Source: an uncultured Alphaproteobacteria bacterium (lineage in GTDB: Bacteria; Pseudomonadota; Alphaproteobacteria; RF32; CAG-239). From it: a stretch of 64,000 nucleotides of DNA. Under the pieces are notes generated by a model that worked only from the letters and a program-made list of their open reading frames with translations, was not told the DNA's origin and searched no databases. Position numbers and translations under genes: made by a program. Of the stretch, positions 50,282 through 59,439 are shown one piece after another (position 1 is the stretch's first letter; every line of letters starts with the position of its first letter). Where the stretch lies: contig CALYAW010000003.1 in NCBI GenBank assembly GCA_944393685.1, forward strand, positions 46,133-110,132. The letters run 5' to 3'.

Positions 50282-50586
50282 TTTTTTCACTTGTCTTCAA
50301 ATGAAAGATTTTGTACGTTGTTTATAGAAAGATAATTCTTTAGATATAGATATGCTCTAACTTAAAGTCTAACTTAATTTTTTTTGATTATGAAACTTTT
50401 AGCAAGACTGGCCTACTTGGTTCAGCTTTTCGGTTATCTTGGGATGCGAACAGTTATTACGCCTCCGGAAATTTATCGTCGTGATTTGGCTCAACGTCGC
50501 GAAAGAGTCTATCGTAGCAAAAAAGCTCGACAACTTAAAAAACAGCCTCAGCGCAGAGGTGTGAGAGGAAAATAATATAACATTTC

Positions 50587-50832
50587 TTGATTATGGAACG
50601 CAAAGAGGTATTGGATAAATTGCTGCCGATTGTTCGTCGAACCTCACGTGGCAAAATTCAAGAGATTCATGAGGAGGATAATTTCAGAGATGTTCTCGGA
50701 TTTGACAGTCTTGATATGACAATTATTGCTATTCGTTGTGAGACTGTATTTGGTATCAGTTTTAATGGAGAGGAGCAAAGTTTTTACACTGTTGAACAGT
50801 TAGTTGACTTTATTCTGGGATATTATGATTAA
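50587..50832 (+). CDS. Second acyl carrier protein-like small protein
   Basis: An 81-aa protein in which LGFDSLDMTIIAI carries the DSL phosphopantetheinylation-type motif in a four-helix ACP-like context. Confidence 0.55.
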   Translation: MIMERKEVLDKLLPIVRRTSRGKIQEIHEEDNFRDVLGFDSLDMTIIAIRCETVFGISFNGEEQSFYTVEQLVDFILGYYD

Positions 50833-50836
50833 CCAT

Positions 50837-50877
50837 AAAGAGCATCTTTTTTCTGTTAAAAGATGCTCTTTTTTATT
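50837..50877. terminator. Bidirectional rho-independent terminator
   Basis: aaagagcatctttt ttctgtt aaaagatgctcttt followed by ttttatt. Confidence 0.55.
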
Positions 50878-51373
50878 AGGCTTGCCCGACTGTTTCCAGC
50901 ATCATTGGGTAAAGGGCCTGCTTGGGTTCCATCCCTTTTGTCAGTACAACCTTAAAAATAGGATACATTCTTTCACATTCTTTGATTGCGATATCTATAA
51001 TTTGCGATAACTTGCTTTCGAATCCATCTTCGTCTTGATGCATGAAAATAGAATGCTTAAAAACGGGTGTGTGTTGTTCTGTCCAATACGAAAAATGTCC
51101 AACCCAGAGTTCTTCATTGATTAGAGCTAAAAGTTCAAAAATTTTACTACGATTTTCTATCTTGTTATCAATATCCATCAAGCATGAAATATGCAGACAT
51201 TGCATATTGGCTTCCCAAGCAAAGAAAAGCAGCATATTGCACCATTTTCCCTGAACTTCAACTACAACTTCATTAGAATTGCGGCGTTCAAGTTCAAAAG
51301 ATTTTGATAAAAATATATTTTCGACAGTGTCAATCGGGTTTGATTGCGGGGCTAATTTCTGTGCCGTTTGCAT
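50876..51373 (-). CDS. Hypothetical cytoplasmic protein (possibly YbjN-like)
   Basis: A 165-aa ORF with coding-like composition. No firm motif was recognised. Confidence 0.35.
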   Translation of the reverse strand: MQTAQKLAPQSNPIDTVENIFLSKSFELERRNSNEVVVEVQGKWCNMLLFFAWEANMQCLHISCLMDIDNKIENRSKIFELLALINEELWVGHFSYWTEQHTPVFKHSIFMHQDEDGFESKLSQIIDIAIKECERMYPIFKVVLTKGMEPKQALYPMMLETVGQA

Positions 51374-51474
51374 TTCGTTACTCCGAAGCTATGGTTGTTG
51401 CTTTGATGAAAACAGCATAACAACGGCGAGTCGGTAAATGCAATCGTGCGAGTCGAGTTTTCCACTTAATTCAC

Positions 51475-51564
51475 AGATGTGGATAAAATTTATTTTGTAA
51501 TGCTTATATAAAACAATGTGTTAGCTAAAAAAAATTTTTTTTGCCTTTTTAGATGTGGATATAA
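51475..51564 (+). promoter_or_regulatory. Direct repeat of AGATGTGGATA containing DnaA-box-like motifs, in the AT-rich intergenic region upstream of lgt
   Basis: TGTGGATAA at 51478-51486 is the reverse complement of the consensus DnaA box TTATCCACA. TGTGGATAT at 51554-51562 is a one-mismatch copy. The shared 11-mer recurs 76 bp apart. Confidence 0.35.
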
Positions 51565-51615
51565 TTTTTTTTGTTAATATAGTGTTAGTAAATTTGTTTT
51601 GAAGCAGAGGAAAAA

Positions 51616-52413
51616 ATGATAGGACTAGAATTTCCAGATATTTCACCGATTATCTTTTCTATAGGGCCTTTGTCAATACGCTGGTATTCTATGGCTTATT
51701 TGATAGGCATTTTATTCGGCTGGCTGATGATTAATCGTAATGTTGAAAAATATCAGCTTGGGTTGGAGCGGGCGCAAGTAGAAGATTTTATATTTTATAT
51801 CACTTTCGGTATTATTATCGGAGGAAGGTTGGGGTACGCGATTTTTTACGGTGGCAGCTCAATGTGGTTAAAACCTTGGCATTTGTTAGAAATATGGAAA
51901 GGCGGTATGTCTTTTCATGGCGGGGTTGCCGGAGTTATTTTGGCAACTTGGCTTTATTCTCGCAAAATCAAGTATAGTTTTTTAGGATTAACAGATTTAG
52001 TTGTATTATATGCGCCGCTTGGTATTTTTTTAGGACGGTTGGCAAATTTTGCCAATGATGAATTATGGGGACGTGTTACGACTGTGCCATGGGCAATACG
52101 CTTTCCATCCGGTGGATATGAACCAAGACATCCTTCTCAATTGTATGAGGCTTTTTTTGAAGGACTGCTGATGTTTATTGTCTTAAATTGGTTGTGGAGA
52201 TATTCGCGTATTCGTAATGCTAAAGGTATGGTTTCGGCATTATTTGTGGTTTGTTACGGATGTTTTAGAATCGCAATGGAGCAGTTTCGCGAGCCGGATG
52301 CGCAACTTGGATTTTTCTTTGGTGGTGTTACGATGGGACAGATGTTATCTGTGCCTTTAATTGTTGTAGGGCTGTTGGTTATTTGGAGAGTATGGCCTAA
52401 ATCCGCCGCTTAG
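51616..52413 (+). CDS. lgt: Prolipoprotein diacylglyceryl transferase
   Basis: Lgt signature regions (YGLxYxxG-like IRWYSMAYLIGI, GGRLGYAIFY, FHGG) and a length of 265 aa. Confidence 0.9.
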   Translation: MIGLEFPDISPIIFSIGPLSIRWYSMAYLIGILFGWLMINRNVEKYQLGLERAQVEDFIFYITFGIIIGGRLGYAIFYGGSSMWLKPWHLLEIWKGGMSFHGGVAGVILATWLYSRKIKYSFLGLTDLVVLYAPLGIFLGRLANFANDELWGRVTTVPWAIRFPSGGYEPRHPSQLYEAFFEGLLMFIVLNWLWRYSRIRNAKGMVSALFVVCYGCFRIAMEQFREPDAQLGFFFGGVTMGQMLSVPLIVVGLLVIWRVWPKSAA

Positions 52414-53579
52414 GCTTTAGATGTAACATTATGGCTGAAACTGCGTGTCTTTTGTAAAGTTTTTCGAGCTCGGACGAGAACTTCAAAAGCACTTAAGTCT
52501 TGACGTTTCTTTTCGGAAACAGCTCCCGAGATGGTTAATTTCAGAGCTTTTTTGTGAGGGGAATATTCAAATAGAGCTGATGCAATAGATCGGCGTATGG
52601 TCTCTATTCGTTCAAAGGTTTCGTTTCTATCCAGATTTTTATAGATAATTACAAATTCGTCGTTGCTGTAGCGATAGATTATTTCTTCTTTTTCGTGTTC
52701 AAGTATTTTTGATGTAATAAGTTTTATGAGTGTGTTTTGGGTTGTTTTACCAAAATTGTCTGCCAGTTTGTCATAATCATCAATGCTAACAATACCAAAG
52801 CTGTATTTGACGGGAAGTTTTTTGACGTGAATGATAAAAGAATTTCGACTGTATAAGCCAGTAAGAGGATCATGATATGTTTCAATATAGATATTTTGGG
52901 TTATTGAGAGAAGTAAACAAATGATTGCTCCGAGGAAAAAAACTGTTAGTCCGGATGGAGTAGATGAGTAATAAAGTCCACAACTGCAAAACAAACCGAT
53001 AAAAAAAGCGTTATAATTCCAGATGTCTCCGTGGCGGACGGCATTTGTAAATGTGAAGCAAGAAAAAATGAAAAACAGGCAAAAAGATAGCGGATTAAAG
53101 CTACTTTCTGCAGCTTGATTAATTATATTTAGTATGATGTCGGCGCGACTTAGGTGTTCAGCTAGAGCAAATTCTGCAAAAAAAGCTAACAAGAGATATA
53201 AAGTATTTTTGGAAAAAAATCGGTGATTGGGCCAAAAGTAAAAAAATAGTAGGTTTAGGGGTAGAAAAATGCTTAAATTTTGATAAGCTGCTGTTGCGAC
53301 ATATGTTTCTGTACCAATCTTTTTGAGTAAGTTAATTAAGACATAAGATACAACAATACTTAACAGTATAAAAAGAGACTTGTTTAGATTAAAGTAAAGT
53401 AAAATGATTGTACATAAAAAGCTCAGGATATAGAAAAATATGTGCATTCCAACAGAGGTTTCATTTTCAAACGGAGCGCCAAGGTAAAACCACAACAACG
53501 CAAAGCCAAAGAATGCGGCCGGTATTAACATATTTGCAATCAGCGGAATTATTTTTTCTGCGAAAGCCAGTTTTTGCAT
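52410..53579 (-). CDS. Membrane-bound GGDEF-domain protein with a degenerate active site (SNDEF)
   Basis: About 230 aa of polytopic N-terminus, then DPLTGLYSRNSF ... SIDDYDKLADNFG ... YRYSNDEFVII. The GG(D/E)EF position reads SNDEF. Confidence 0.65.
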   Translation of the reverse strand: MQKLAFAEKIIPLIANMLIPAAFFGFALLWFYLGAPFENETSVGMHIFFYILSFLCTIILLYFNLNKSLFILLSIVVSYVLINLLKKIGTETYVATAAYQNLSIFLPLNLLFFYFWPNHRFFSKNTLYLLLAFFAEFALAEHLSRADIILNIINQAAESSFNPLSFCLFFIFSCFTFTNAVRHGDIWNYNAFFIGLFCSCGLYYSSTPSGLTVFFLGAIICLLLSITQNIYIETYHDPLTGLYSRNSFIIHVKKLPVKYSFGIVSIDDYDKLADNFGKTTQNTLIKLITSKILEHEKEEIIYRYSNDEFVIIYKNLDRNETFERIETIRRSIASALFEYSPHKKALKLTISGAVSEKKRQDLSAFEVLVRARKTLQKTRSFSHNVTSKA

Positions 53580-53634
53580 TATTTAATTTGCCTCATATTT
53601 ATACTAAAACGATAGTCAGTATAGTAAGGAATAG

Positions 53635-54720
53635 TTAAATTTTATTTACACATTTCAATATGGAGCTGTCTCCGTATGAATAAAAACGGTAACCTTTGTC
53701 AATAGCGTGACGATATGCATCTTGCATTCGCTCTATGCCGGCAACAGCACAGACCAACATAAATAATGTAGATTTTGGTAAGTGAAAATTAGTTATCAGC
53801 ATATCTATCATTTTGAATTTATATCCTGGTGTGATAAAAATATTTGTCTCGTCTGCAAAGGGGTGTAAAATTCCCTGATTGTCGGTTGCGGTTTCAAGCA
53901 AACGTAAAGAAGTTGTTCCAACGGCGATGATGCGTTTACCTTCTTTTTTGGCGCTATTGATGATGTCTACTGTGTCTTGAGTGATGATCCCGTATTCAGC
54001 ATGCATCTTATGATTAGCGGTATCTTCTGTTTTGACAGGAAGAAATGTTCCTGCGCCGACATGGAGGGTTAAAAACACTTCTTGAACCCCTTTATCTCTC
54101 AGCTTTTGTAAAACATCATCCGTAAAATGAAGACCTGCCGTAGGTGCTGCGACTGCTCCTTCGTGTTTGGCATAAATGGTTTGATAATTTTCTTTATCAT
54201 TGAATCGATGCCATAGGGAATTGGGTTGTGGGCGTTCACGTTTGATATAAGGCGGAAGGGGCATGAATCCAAATTGTTCGAGCTTATGTCCGAGCTCCGA
54301 TGGGGTGCAATTGAAAGAAATAAGGACGCCGTCTTCGGCATTCTTTTCTATTACTATAGCTGCAAAGTCGGATTGTTCTGCCGAGATGGTATCCGTATAA
54401 AATTTGATTACATCGTTTGGTTTTAGACGTTTGGAATTTTTAATGAAAGCCTGCCATTGAATACCGTCAATCGGGTGATAGAGCGTTACTTCTACCAAAG
54501 CCTCTCCTCGTGCGCCATAAAGACGGGCCGGGATAACTTTGGTATCGTTGAAAACCAAAACATCTCCTTCATTTAATAAGTTCGGTAAATCATAAAAATG
54601 GCGGTCACAAATCTTTCCTTCTTCAGAAAGATCCAAAAGTTTGGATGTATCGCGTGGATGTACCGGTTCAGAAGCGATGTGGTCTTTGGGTAAGTCAAAG
54701 TCAAAAATGTCTACTTTCAT
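53635..54720 (-). CDS. queA: S-adenosylmethionine:tRNA ribosyltransferase-isomerase
   Basis: N-terminus FDFDLP..IA..P, a conserved QueA core, and a length of 361 aa. Confidence 0.9.
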   Translation of the reverse strand: MKVDIFDFDLPKDHIASEPVHPRDTSKLLDLSEEGKICDRHFYDLPNLLNEGDVLVFNDTKVIPARLYGARGEALVEVTLYHPIDGIQWQAFIKNSKRLKPNDVIKFYTDTISAEQSDFAAIVIEKNAEDGVLISFNCTPSELGHKLEQFGFMPLPPYIKRERPQPNSLWHRFNDKENYQTIYAKHEGAVAAPTAGLHFTDDVLQKLRDKGVQEVFLTLHVGAGTFLPVKTEDTANHKMHAEYGIITQDTVDIINSAKKEGKRIIAVGTTSLRLLETATDNQGILHPFADETNIFITPGYKFKMIDMLITNFHLPKSTLFMLVCAVAGIERMQDAYRHAIDKGYRFYSYGDSSILKCVNKI

Positions 54721-54847
54721 GCTTGATTCCTTTATTCCATTTGGGCTTGCTTATAGTATAAATCCATTATGAAAACAAGAAGAAATTTTTGAGTCGTTTT
54801 TAAAATTTTTACATAAGAAAAGGCACCCCGAAGGGTACCTTGTTTTA

Positions 54848-54873
54848 TTGGTGCGCTAGGACGGAATCGTACC
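54848..54873 (-). repeat. Partial direct repeat of the tRNA-Leu(TAA) 3' end (24/26 nt identical to 56088-56113); att-like site
   Basis: ttggtgcgctaggAcggaatcgTacc here against ttggtgcgctaggCcggaatcgAacc at the tRNA 3' end. Confidence 0.6.
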
Positions 54874-55033
54874 AAAACCTTTCAAATCCCTTGAAATGGT
54901 TGGGTTTGCTTAAAACTTAAAAACAAATTTTTACAAATGCTATACACTTTGCAATACACTTTTCGCATATTTTTCATTTTAAACCGAAAAAACTAAAAAA
55001 TACACGCTTTTTTGCTTAAAATTGGTAAAATTT

Positions 55034-55471
55034 TCACAAATTATCTGTGCTTGGAGTACCAATATTTTTATGATCTTCATTTTGGGTATCTTGGATTAAT
55101 AAGAAAAATAAGCGAAGATTAAGCATTAATGTTACAAAAGCAAATAAAATACCAAATAAATGAGATATATCATCCTGACTATTCATAAAAATATATCCTA
55201 AAAAAGCACTTAAGGGAATCGCAATAAGAATTTCTCCAGATTTTCCGACGTCATGCAATCGTCTAACTGTTATAGCTAATGCGGGAAGAAAAATTAACAC
55301 TCTAAAAATAATATGAAATTTTGAATTATCACCTAACAGTATTATCATTAAAAAACAAATTATGAAATTAACTAATGCAAAAGACCAAAATTCTACACGA
55401 GATGACTTTCCTGAGAAATCATCATATTTTTGTAAACAATTGATATAATTATGAAATAAATTTAAACTCAT
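55034..55471 (-). CDS. DUF805 (YhaH-like) inner-membrane protein
   Basis: SRVEFWSF ... RRLHDVGKSG is the hallmark of DUF805. Three to four transmembrane helices. Confidence 0.6.
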   Translation of the reverse strand: MSLNLFHNYINCLQKYDDFSGKSSRVEFWSFALVNFIICFLMIILLGDNSKFHIIFRVLIFLPALAITVRRLHDVGKSGEILIAIPLSAFLGYIFMNSQDDISHLFGILFAFVTLMLNLRLFFLLIQDTQNEDHKNIGTPSTDNL

Positions 55472-56088
55472 TTTTCCCTCAAAATATTATGTAAAAACAC
55501 TAACACTATATCAAAAAAATACAATCTATAAATATTACTTTGCGTAAAAAGTCTTGCACTTCGTATTCTTCTTTCTACTATTTCAGTATATTAGAAGTCA
55601 AATGATATATATAAAACATTTTGGCGTTTGTACAAAAGTCGGACTTAATGACACCAATATCACTAAGTTTGTTTTTTTCAATATCTAAAACCGATACAGA
55701 AAAGAGATAGTATAATCAAATTATTTTATATAATTTCCTTTTATATAAAAATATCTTGATTGTTTTTGCTGTATTTGATTAAATATTCCCAAAATAGAAA
55801 GGGCTTCAAAGTAATTTTGTGTATGAAGAGAGATAATTTTGTATCTTCTCTTGTTATTAACTCTTGGTAACTCCACTCTATAATAGAAAGTTTTGTTTCG
55901 CAACTGTAAATAGATTTTAGTTGCCATACAGTTTGCCATACAATTTTCAGACATTTTGCTCACACAAAAGTTGTTTATTGTAAAGCAAAAATGTAAGTAC
56001 TTGTTTTTGAAAGATTTAAAAAAATTAAAGAGCCTAACTTTTCAGCCATAGCTCTTAATCTAAGTGCTTGATTTACAAGCAAAATAAA

Positions 56089-56175
56089 TGGTGCGCTAGG
56101 CCGGAATCGAACCGGCACGGGATTGCTCCCAACAGATTTTAAGTCTGCAGCGTCTACCTGTTCCGCCACAAGCGC
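56089..56175 (-). tRNA. tRNA-Leu (anticodon TAA), long variable arm, CCA encoded
   Basis: The reverse complement reads GCGCTTGTGGCGGAACAGGTAGACGC..GCAGA CTTAAAA TCTGT..variable arm..GGTTCGATTCCGGCCTAGCGCACCA. Confidence 0.85.
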
Positions 56176-56362
56176 AAAACCTTTCTCGTTTATACAAATC
56201 TTTTTTTCTAATTGCAAGAACAAAATATCAAAAATTTGCTTTGCAAGGGACAAAAATAAATGTTGTCTGTTTGATAAAAGTATGCTCTCTATATTATTGT
56301 TATAACATTGCTTGATTTTGCGGCAGTTGACTGCGTCACGGCAAAATAAAGCCTAACTTTTT

Positions 56363-57085
56363 ATGAAGGATAAAATTATGAAAAGTATTAATATTTCTTG
56401 GCGGACATATCTTTTGCCTAATATTCACAGCGAAGGATGGCGCTTTATCGGAATTTTTGCGGCAGTAACTGCGTTACTGGCAATTATTGCCGAGCCTTTA
56501 GGATGGATCGGATTGGTCTTGACTGTGTGGTGTTATTACTTCTTTCGGGATCCCGAAAGAGTGACGCCTGTAATTGATAATGTTGTGGTTTCTCCCGCAG
56601 ATGGAACCGTTCAGATGATTGCAAAAGTTAAGGCTCCTGAAGAGCTTAAGATGGGAAACAAAGAATTTACTCGGGTCAGCATTTTTATGAGTGTGTTTAA
56701 TGTGCATGTTAATCGTGCTCCGGCAGAGGGAAAAATTACTCAGTCTGTTTATGTGCCAGGAAAGTTTTTTAATGCAACCCTTGATAAGGCAAGTAAGGAT
56801 AATGAACGACAATTGTTGGCTATGAAGACAAAAAACGGCAAAGATATTTGTTTTGTTCAAATTGCCGGTTTGGTGGCTCGACGCATCATTTGTGATGCTA
56901 TGCCCGGGCAAGAATATAAAGCAGGAGAACGCTTTGGAATGATCCGTTTCGGATCTCGGTTGGATGTGTATTTGCCGGAAGGTGTTGAACCGCAAGTTGT
57001 ATTGGGACAGACAATGGTCGCAGGCGAAAGTATAATCGCTAATTTGGATAGCAAAGCTCCTGCTGTTCAAGGGGTGGTTCGCTAA
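56363..57085 (+). CDS. psd: Phosphatidylserine decarboxylase proenzyme
   Basis: An N-terminal membrane segment, a conserved core, and a C-terminal FGSR..DVYLP region with a GS-type self-cleavage site. Adjacent to pssA. Confidence 0.85.
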   Translation: MKDKIMKSINISWRTYLLPNIHSEGWRFIGIFAAVTALLAIIAEPLGWIGLVLTVWCYYFFRDPERVTPVIDNVVVSPADGTVQMIAKVKAPEELKMGNKEFTRVSIFMSVFNVHVNRAPAEGKITQSVYVPGKFFNATLDKASKDNERQLLAMKTKNGKDICFVQIAGLVARRIICDAMPGQEYKAGERFGMIRFGSRLDVYLPEGVEPQVVLGQTMVAGESIIANLDSKAPAVQGVVR

Positions 57086-57876
57086 TGGAAAGAATTAATC
57101 AAAAACTGCAATTGTCGAAACAAAAGTTAACTTCTTTGCCGTTTCGTAAAATTGCTCCGAATATTGTTACTATGTTGGCCTTGTGTGCCGGTGTTACCTC
57201 TATTCGTTATTCTATTCAAGCAGATTGGGTCAAGGCTGTTATTTGTGTCTTTATAGCTGCTTTTTTTGATTTGTTGGATGGGCGGGTGGCTAGAATGCTC
57301 AAAGGTTCGACAAAATTCGGCGCGGAACTTGATTCTTTGTCTGATTGTGTTAGTTTCGGAGTTGCTCCGGCAATTATGATTTATCAATGGACAATGTTCG
57401 ATTTGCCTAAATTCGGCTGGTTCTTTTGTTTGTTGTTATCAATCGGTATGGCTATGCGTTTGGCAAGATTTAATACCATGCTTGAGGATGAACCACAGCC
57501 TGAATATTGGCAGAACTTTTTTGTCGGCGTTCCGGCTCCGGCTGCGGCGGCATTAGTGATGATGCCAATTATGATTTCGTTTGATTTTCCTGAACTGAAT
57601 TGGTTGTTGCGCTCTAATGCTTTTTGCGCTGTTTTGTTGGTGGTCGTTACTTTTTTGATGGTGAGTAGAATTCCTACAATCTCTACTAAAAAAATGAAAG
57701 TGCCGACTTATATGTTTATGCCTTTGATGCTTATTGTCGCTTTGTTCGCATCCTTTATTATTACTCAGCCCTGGTTGACTTTGGGTATTATGGTTGCTTT
57801 GTATGCAATTTCAATTCCTATAGGGGTTGTGATTTTTGCTCATCAAAAAAAGGCATTTGATGCAAAAAATAAATAA
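57085..57876 (+). CDS. pssA: CDP-diacylglycerol--serine O-phosphatidyltransferase
   Basis: The CDP-alcohol phosphatidyltransferase motif DLLDGRVAR..G..LDSLSD and a polytopic topology. Confidence 0.9.
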   Translation: MERINQKLQLSKQKLTSLPFRKIAPNIVTMLALCAGVTSIRYSIQADWVKAVICVFIAAFFDLLDGRVARMLKGSTKFGAELDSLSDCVSFGVAPAIMIYQWTMFDLPKFGWFFCLLLSIGMAMRLARFNTMLEDEPQPEYWQNFFVGVPAPAAAALVMMPIMISFDFPELNWLLRSNAFCAVLLVVVTFLMVSRIPTISTKKMKVPTYMFMPLMLIVALFASFIITQPWLTLGIMVALYAISIPIGVVIFAHQKKAFDAKNK

Positions 57877-57908
57877 TTATGAATCCGGATGTTGCCATCC
57901 GGATTTTT

Positions 57909-59363
57909 TTAACTTCCGGTACGTGGCTGTTGTGTCGCTCGTAAAGAGAATATTGCCAGACGTTCATTTCTACGTTGCGCGCTAATGTTGTCTCTATGAT
58001 TGAAAACATTAAGACCTCGTTGGCCGAGGCTGGCATTTTCTAAGACGGTGATAAATTGTTGATATGGGTAATTGCTTAAAGAATTAGCATTTTTCTTAGT
58101 GATGACAGCCATATGATGACCATTTTCAAGATCGGGCAGAGACTGTTTATTATGGTGTTCATCGTAAACGGCAAAATCTTCAGGAAGATTTAGTGCAATA
58201 ACATAGTTGCGATTGTCCGGCATGATGGTTATTCGAGCTGGTGCGCTTGTATCAGGGCGGTATTTTGTTTGCTCATAAAGCTCCGGATTGAACATTTTTA
58301 TGAAAGGCTCTTTTCGCATTTTATCATTTGCAAAACTGCTCATAAAATGAGCTCCGGAATATTTACTTTCTTTTTGTATGGGAAGAAAAGCATGGCTGAT
58401 GACAAACATGTTGGCAAGAGCTTCTTGGGTTGTTTTTGCATCATAAAGTTGTGATGCCACATGTGAAAAGGCGTTTATCCAACGATGAACGTGAGCACCT
58501 CCTGCGCAATAGTCAAGAAATGTTATGTTGCAGTTCTTTTTGAAGGTTTCCGAATCAAACGCTTGCCCCTCAATGACATGATTATGTTTATCAAGACGGA
58601 TATCTTGCCCTATAAAATGTAAGAGATGTTGTTTGACAAATTTCATGTCAACATCTTCAAAATGGTTTTCAGGATTACGTATGGTTGTTAATGAAAGCGC
58701 GAATTTTTCTCCGCGGGGTTGCTCTATGGGAAAATGAGCCATATAAACATCAACCTGACTGCCAAATACTTGTTTGTTGTCAAGAGTGTCATTTAGAAAT
58801 TTGGTGCTCCAATTTTGGAGTTCTTCTTGTGTGCCGTTAATATGAAAAGGCATTGAGATTATTAAATTTTTGCGTTGTGGGTTAATATATATATTTTCAC
58901 TGATAAATTCGGCATTGGATAATTTGTCGGTGTTGTTTATTTTCCAAAAAAGGTAGTCACAGTGTTCTTTGAAAACATATTTGCTGCCTTTTATTCTACC
59001 TGAGCAATCTGCTGAATATTTGGCCGCGGCTTGGTATAGTTTTATTAAGTCTGGGTCGCAGGCTTGTGCTGATGTGAGCTTGTCCAATGCTTTTTGTGCA
59101 TCTCGTATATAGCCGCTAAGCTGGAGTGAAAAAGTTAGCAAATTTTTTTCATCTGCAAATTGACTTGTTCCGGAAACCGGTTTTTGGCCTGAATTGATTA
59201 AAAAACGATTAATTGCTTTTTCAAAAAGGCAAATACGTTTGTTGCGGATAATATTTTCAATGCTGTTTTTGCTGAAATCTTCTTTTTCTTGTTCAAGTGG
59301 TTTGTTTAACACATTGTGAATAAAAGCGTTGCGAATGGCTGCGGCCAACGGATTATTGTTCAT
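57909..59363 (-). CDS. Large hypothetical soluble protein (484 aa) with no recognisable motif
   Basis: A long ORF with coding-like composition, no signal peptide, and a polar/basic C-terminus. Confidence 0.45.
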   Translation of the reverse strand: MNNNPLAAAIRNAFIHNVLNKPLEQEKEDFSKNSIENIIRNKRICLFEKAINRFLINSGQKPVSGTSQFADEKNLLTFSLQLSGYIRDAQKALDKLTSAQACDPDLIKLYQAAAKYSADCSGRIKGSKYVFKEHCDYLFWKINNTDKLSNAEFISENIYINPQRKNLIISMPFHINGTQEELQNWSTKFLNDTLDNKQVFGSQVDVYMAHFPIEQPRGEKFALSLTTIRNPENHFEDVDMKFVKQHLLHFIGQDIRLDKHNHVIEGQAFDSETFKKNCNITFLDYCAGGAHVHRWINAFSHVASQLYDAKTTQEALANMFVISHAFLPIQKESKYSGAHFMSSFANDKMRKEPFIKMFNPELYEQTKYRPDTSAPARITIMPDNRNYVIALNLPEDFAVYDEHHNKQSLPDLENGHHMAVITKKNANSLSNYPYQQFITVLENASLGQRGLNVFNHRDNISAQRRNERLAIFSLRATQQPRTGS

Positions 59364-59439
59364 AGTTCTATCGTTTCTGTTTGCATAAAATTACGGATTC
59401 GTTATTATTAATAATCTTGTTCTAACCTAAAAATGGAGA

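Larger units (their letters stand above)
54848..56113. mobile_element. Putative degraded tRNA-Leu-associated genomic islet (about 1.2 kb) bounded by tRNA 3'-end direct repeats
   Basis: Flanked by direct repeats of the tRNA 3' end. It contains only a DUF805 gene and roughly 600 bp of very AT-rich non-coding DNA. No integrase is present. Confidence 0.35.

Noticed and set aside
50384-50575. A 63-aa ORF that shares a TTGATTATGRAAC start context with the downstream ACP-like gene. I considered it a duplicated leader or a small basic protein.
   Set aside because: The shared segment is only about 12 nt and the ORF has no motif. I kept it as uncertain and did not call it.
55975-56253. A 92-aa ORF on the minus strand spanning the tRNA-Leu(TAA) gene.
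   Set aside because: It overlaps a clear tRNA gene and AT-rich spacer. It is spurious.
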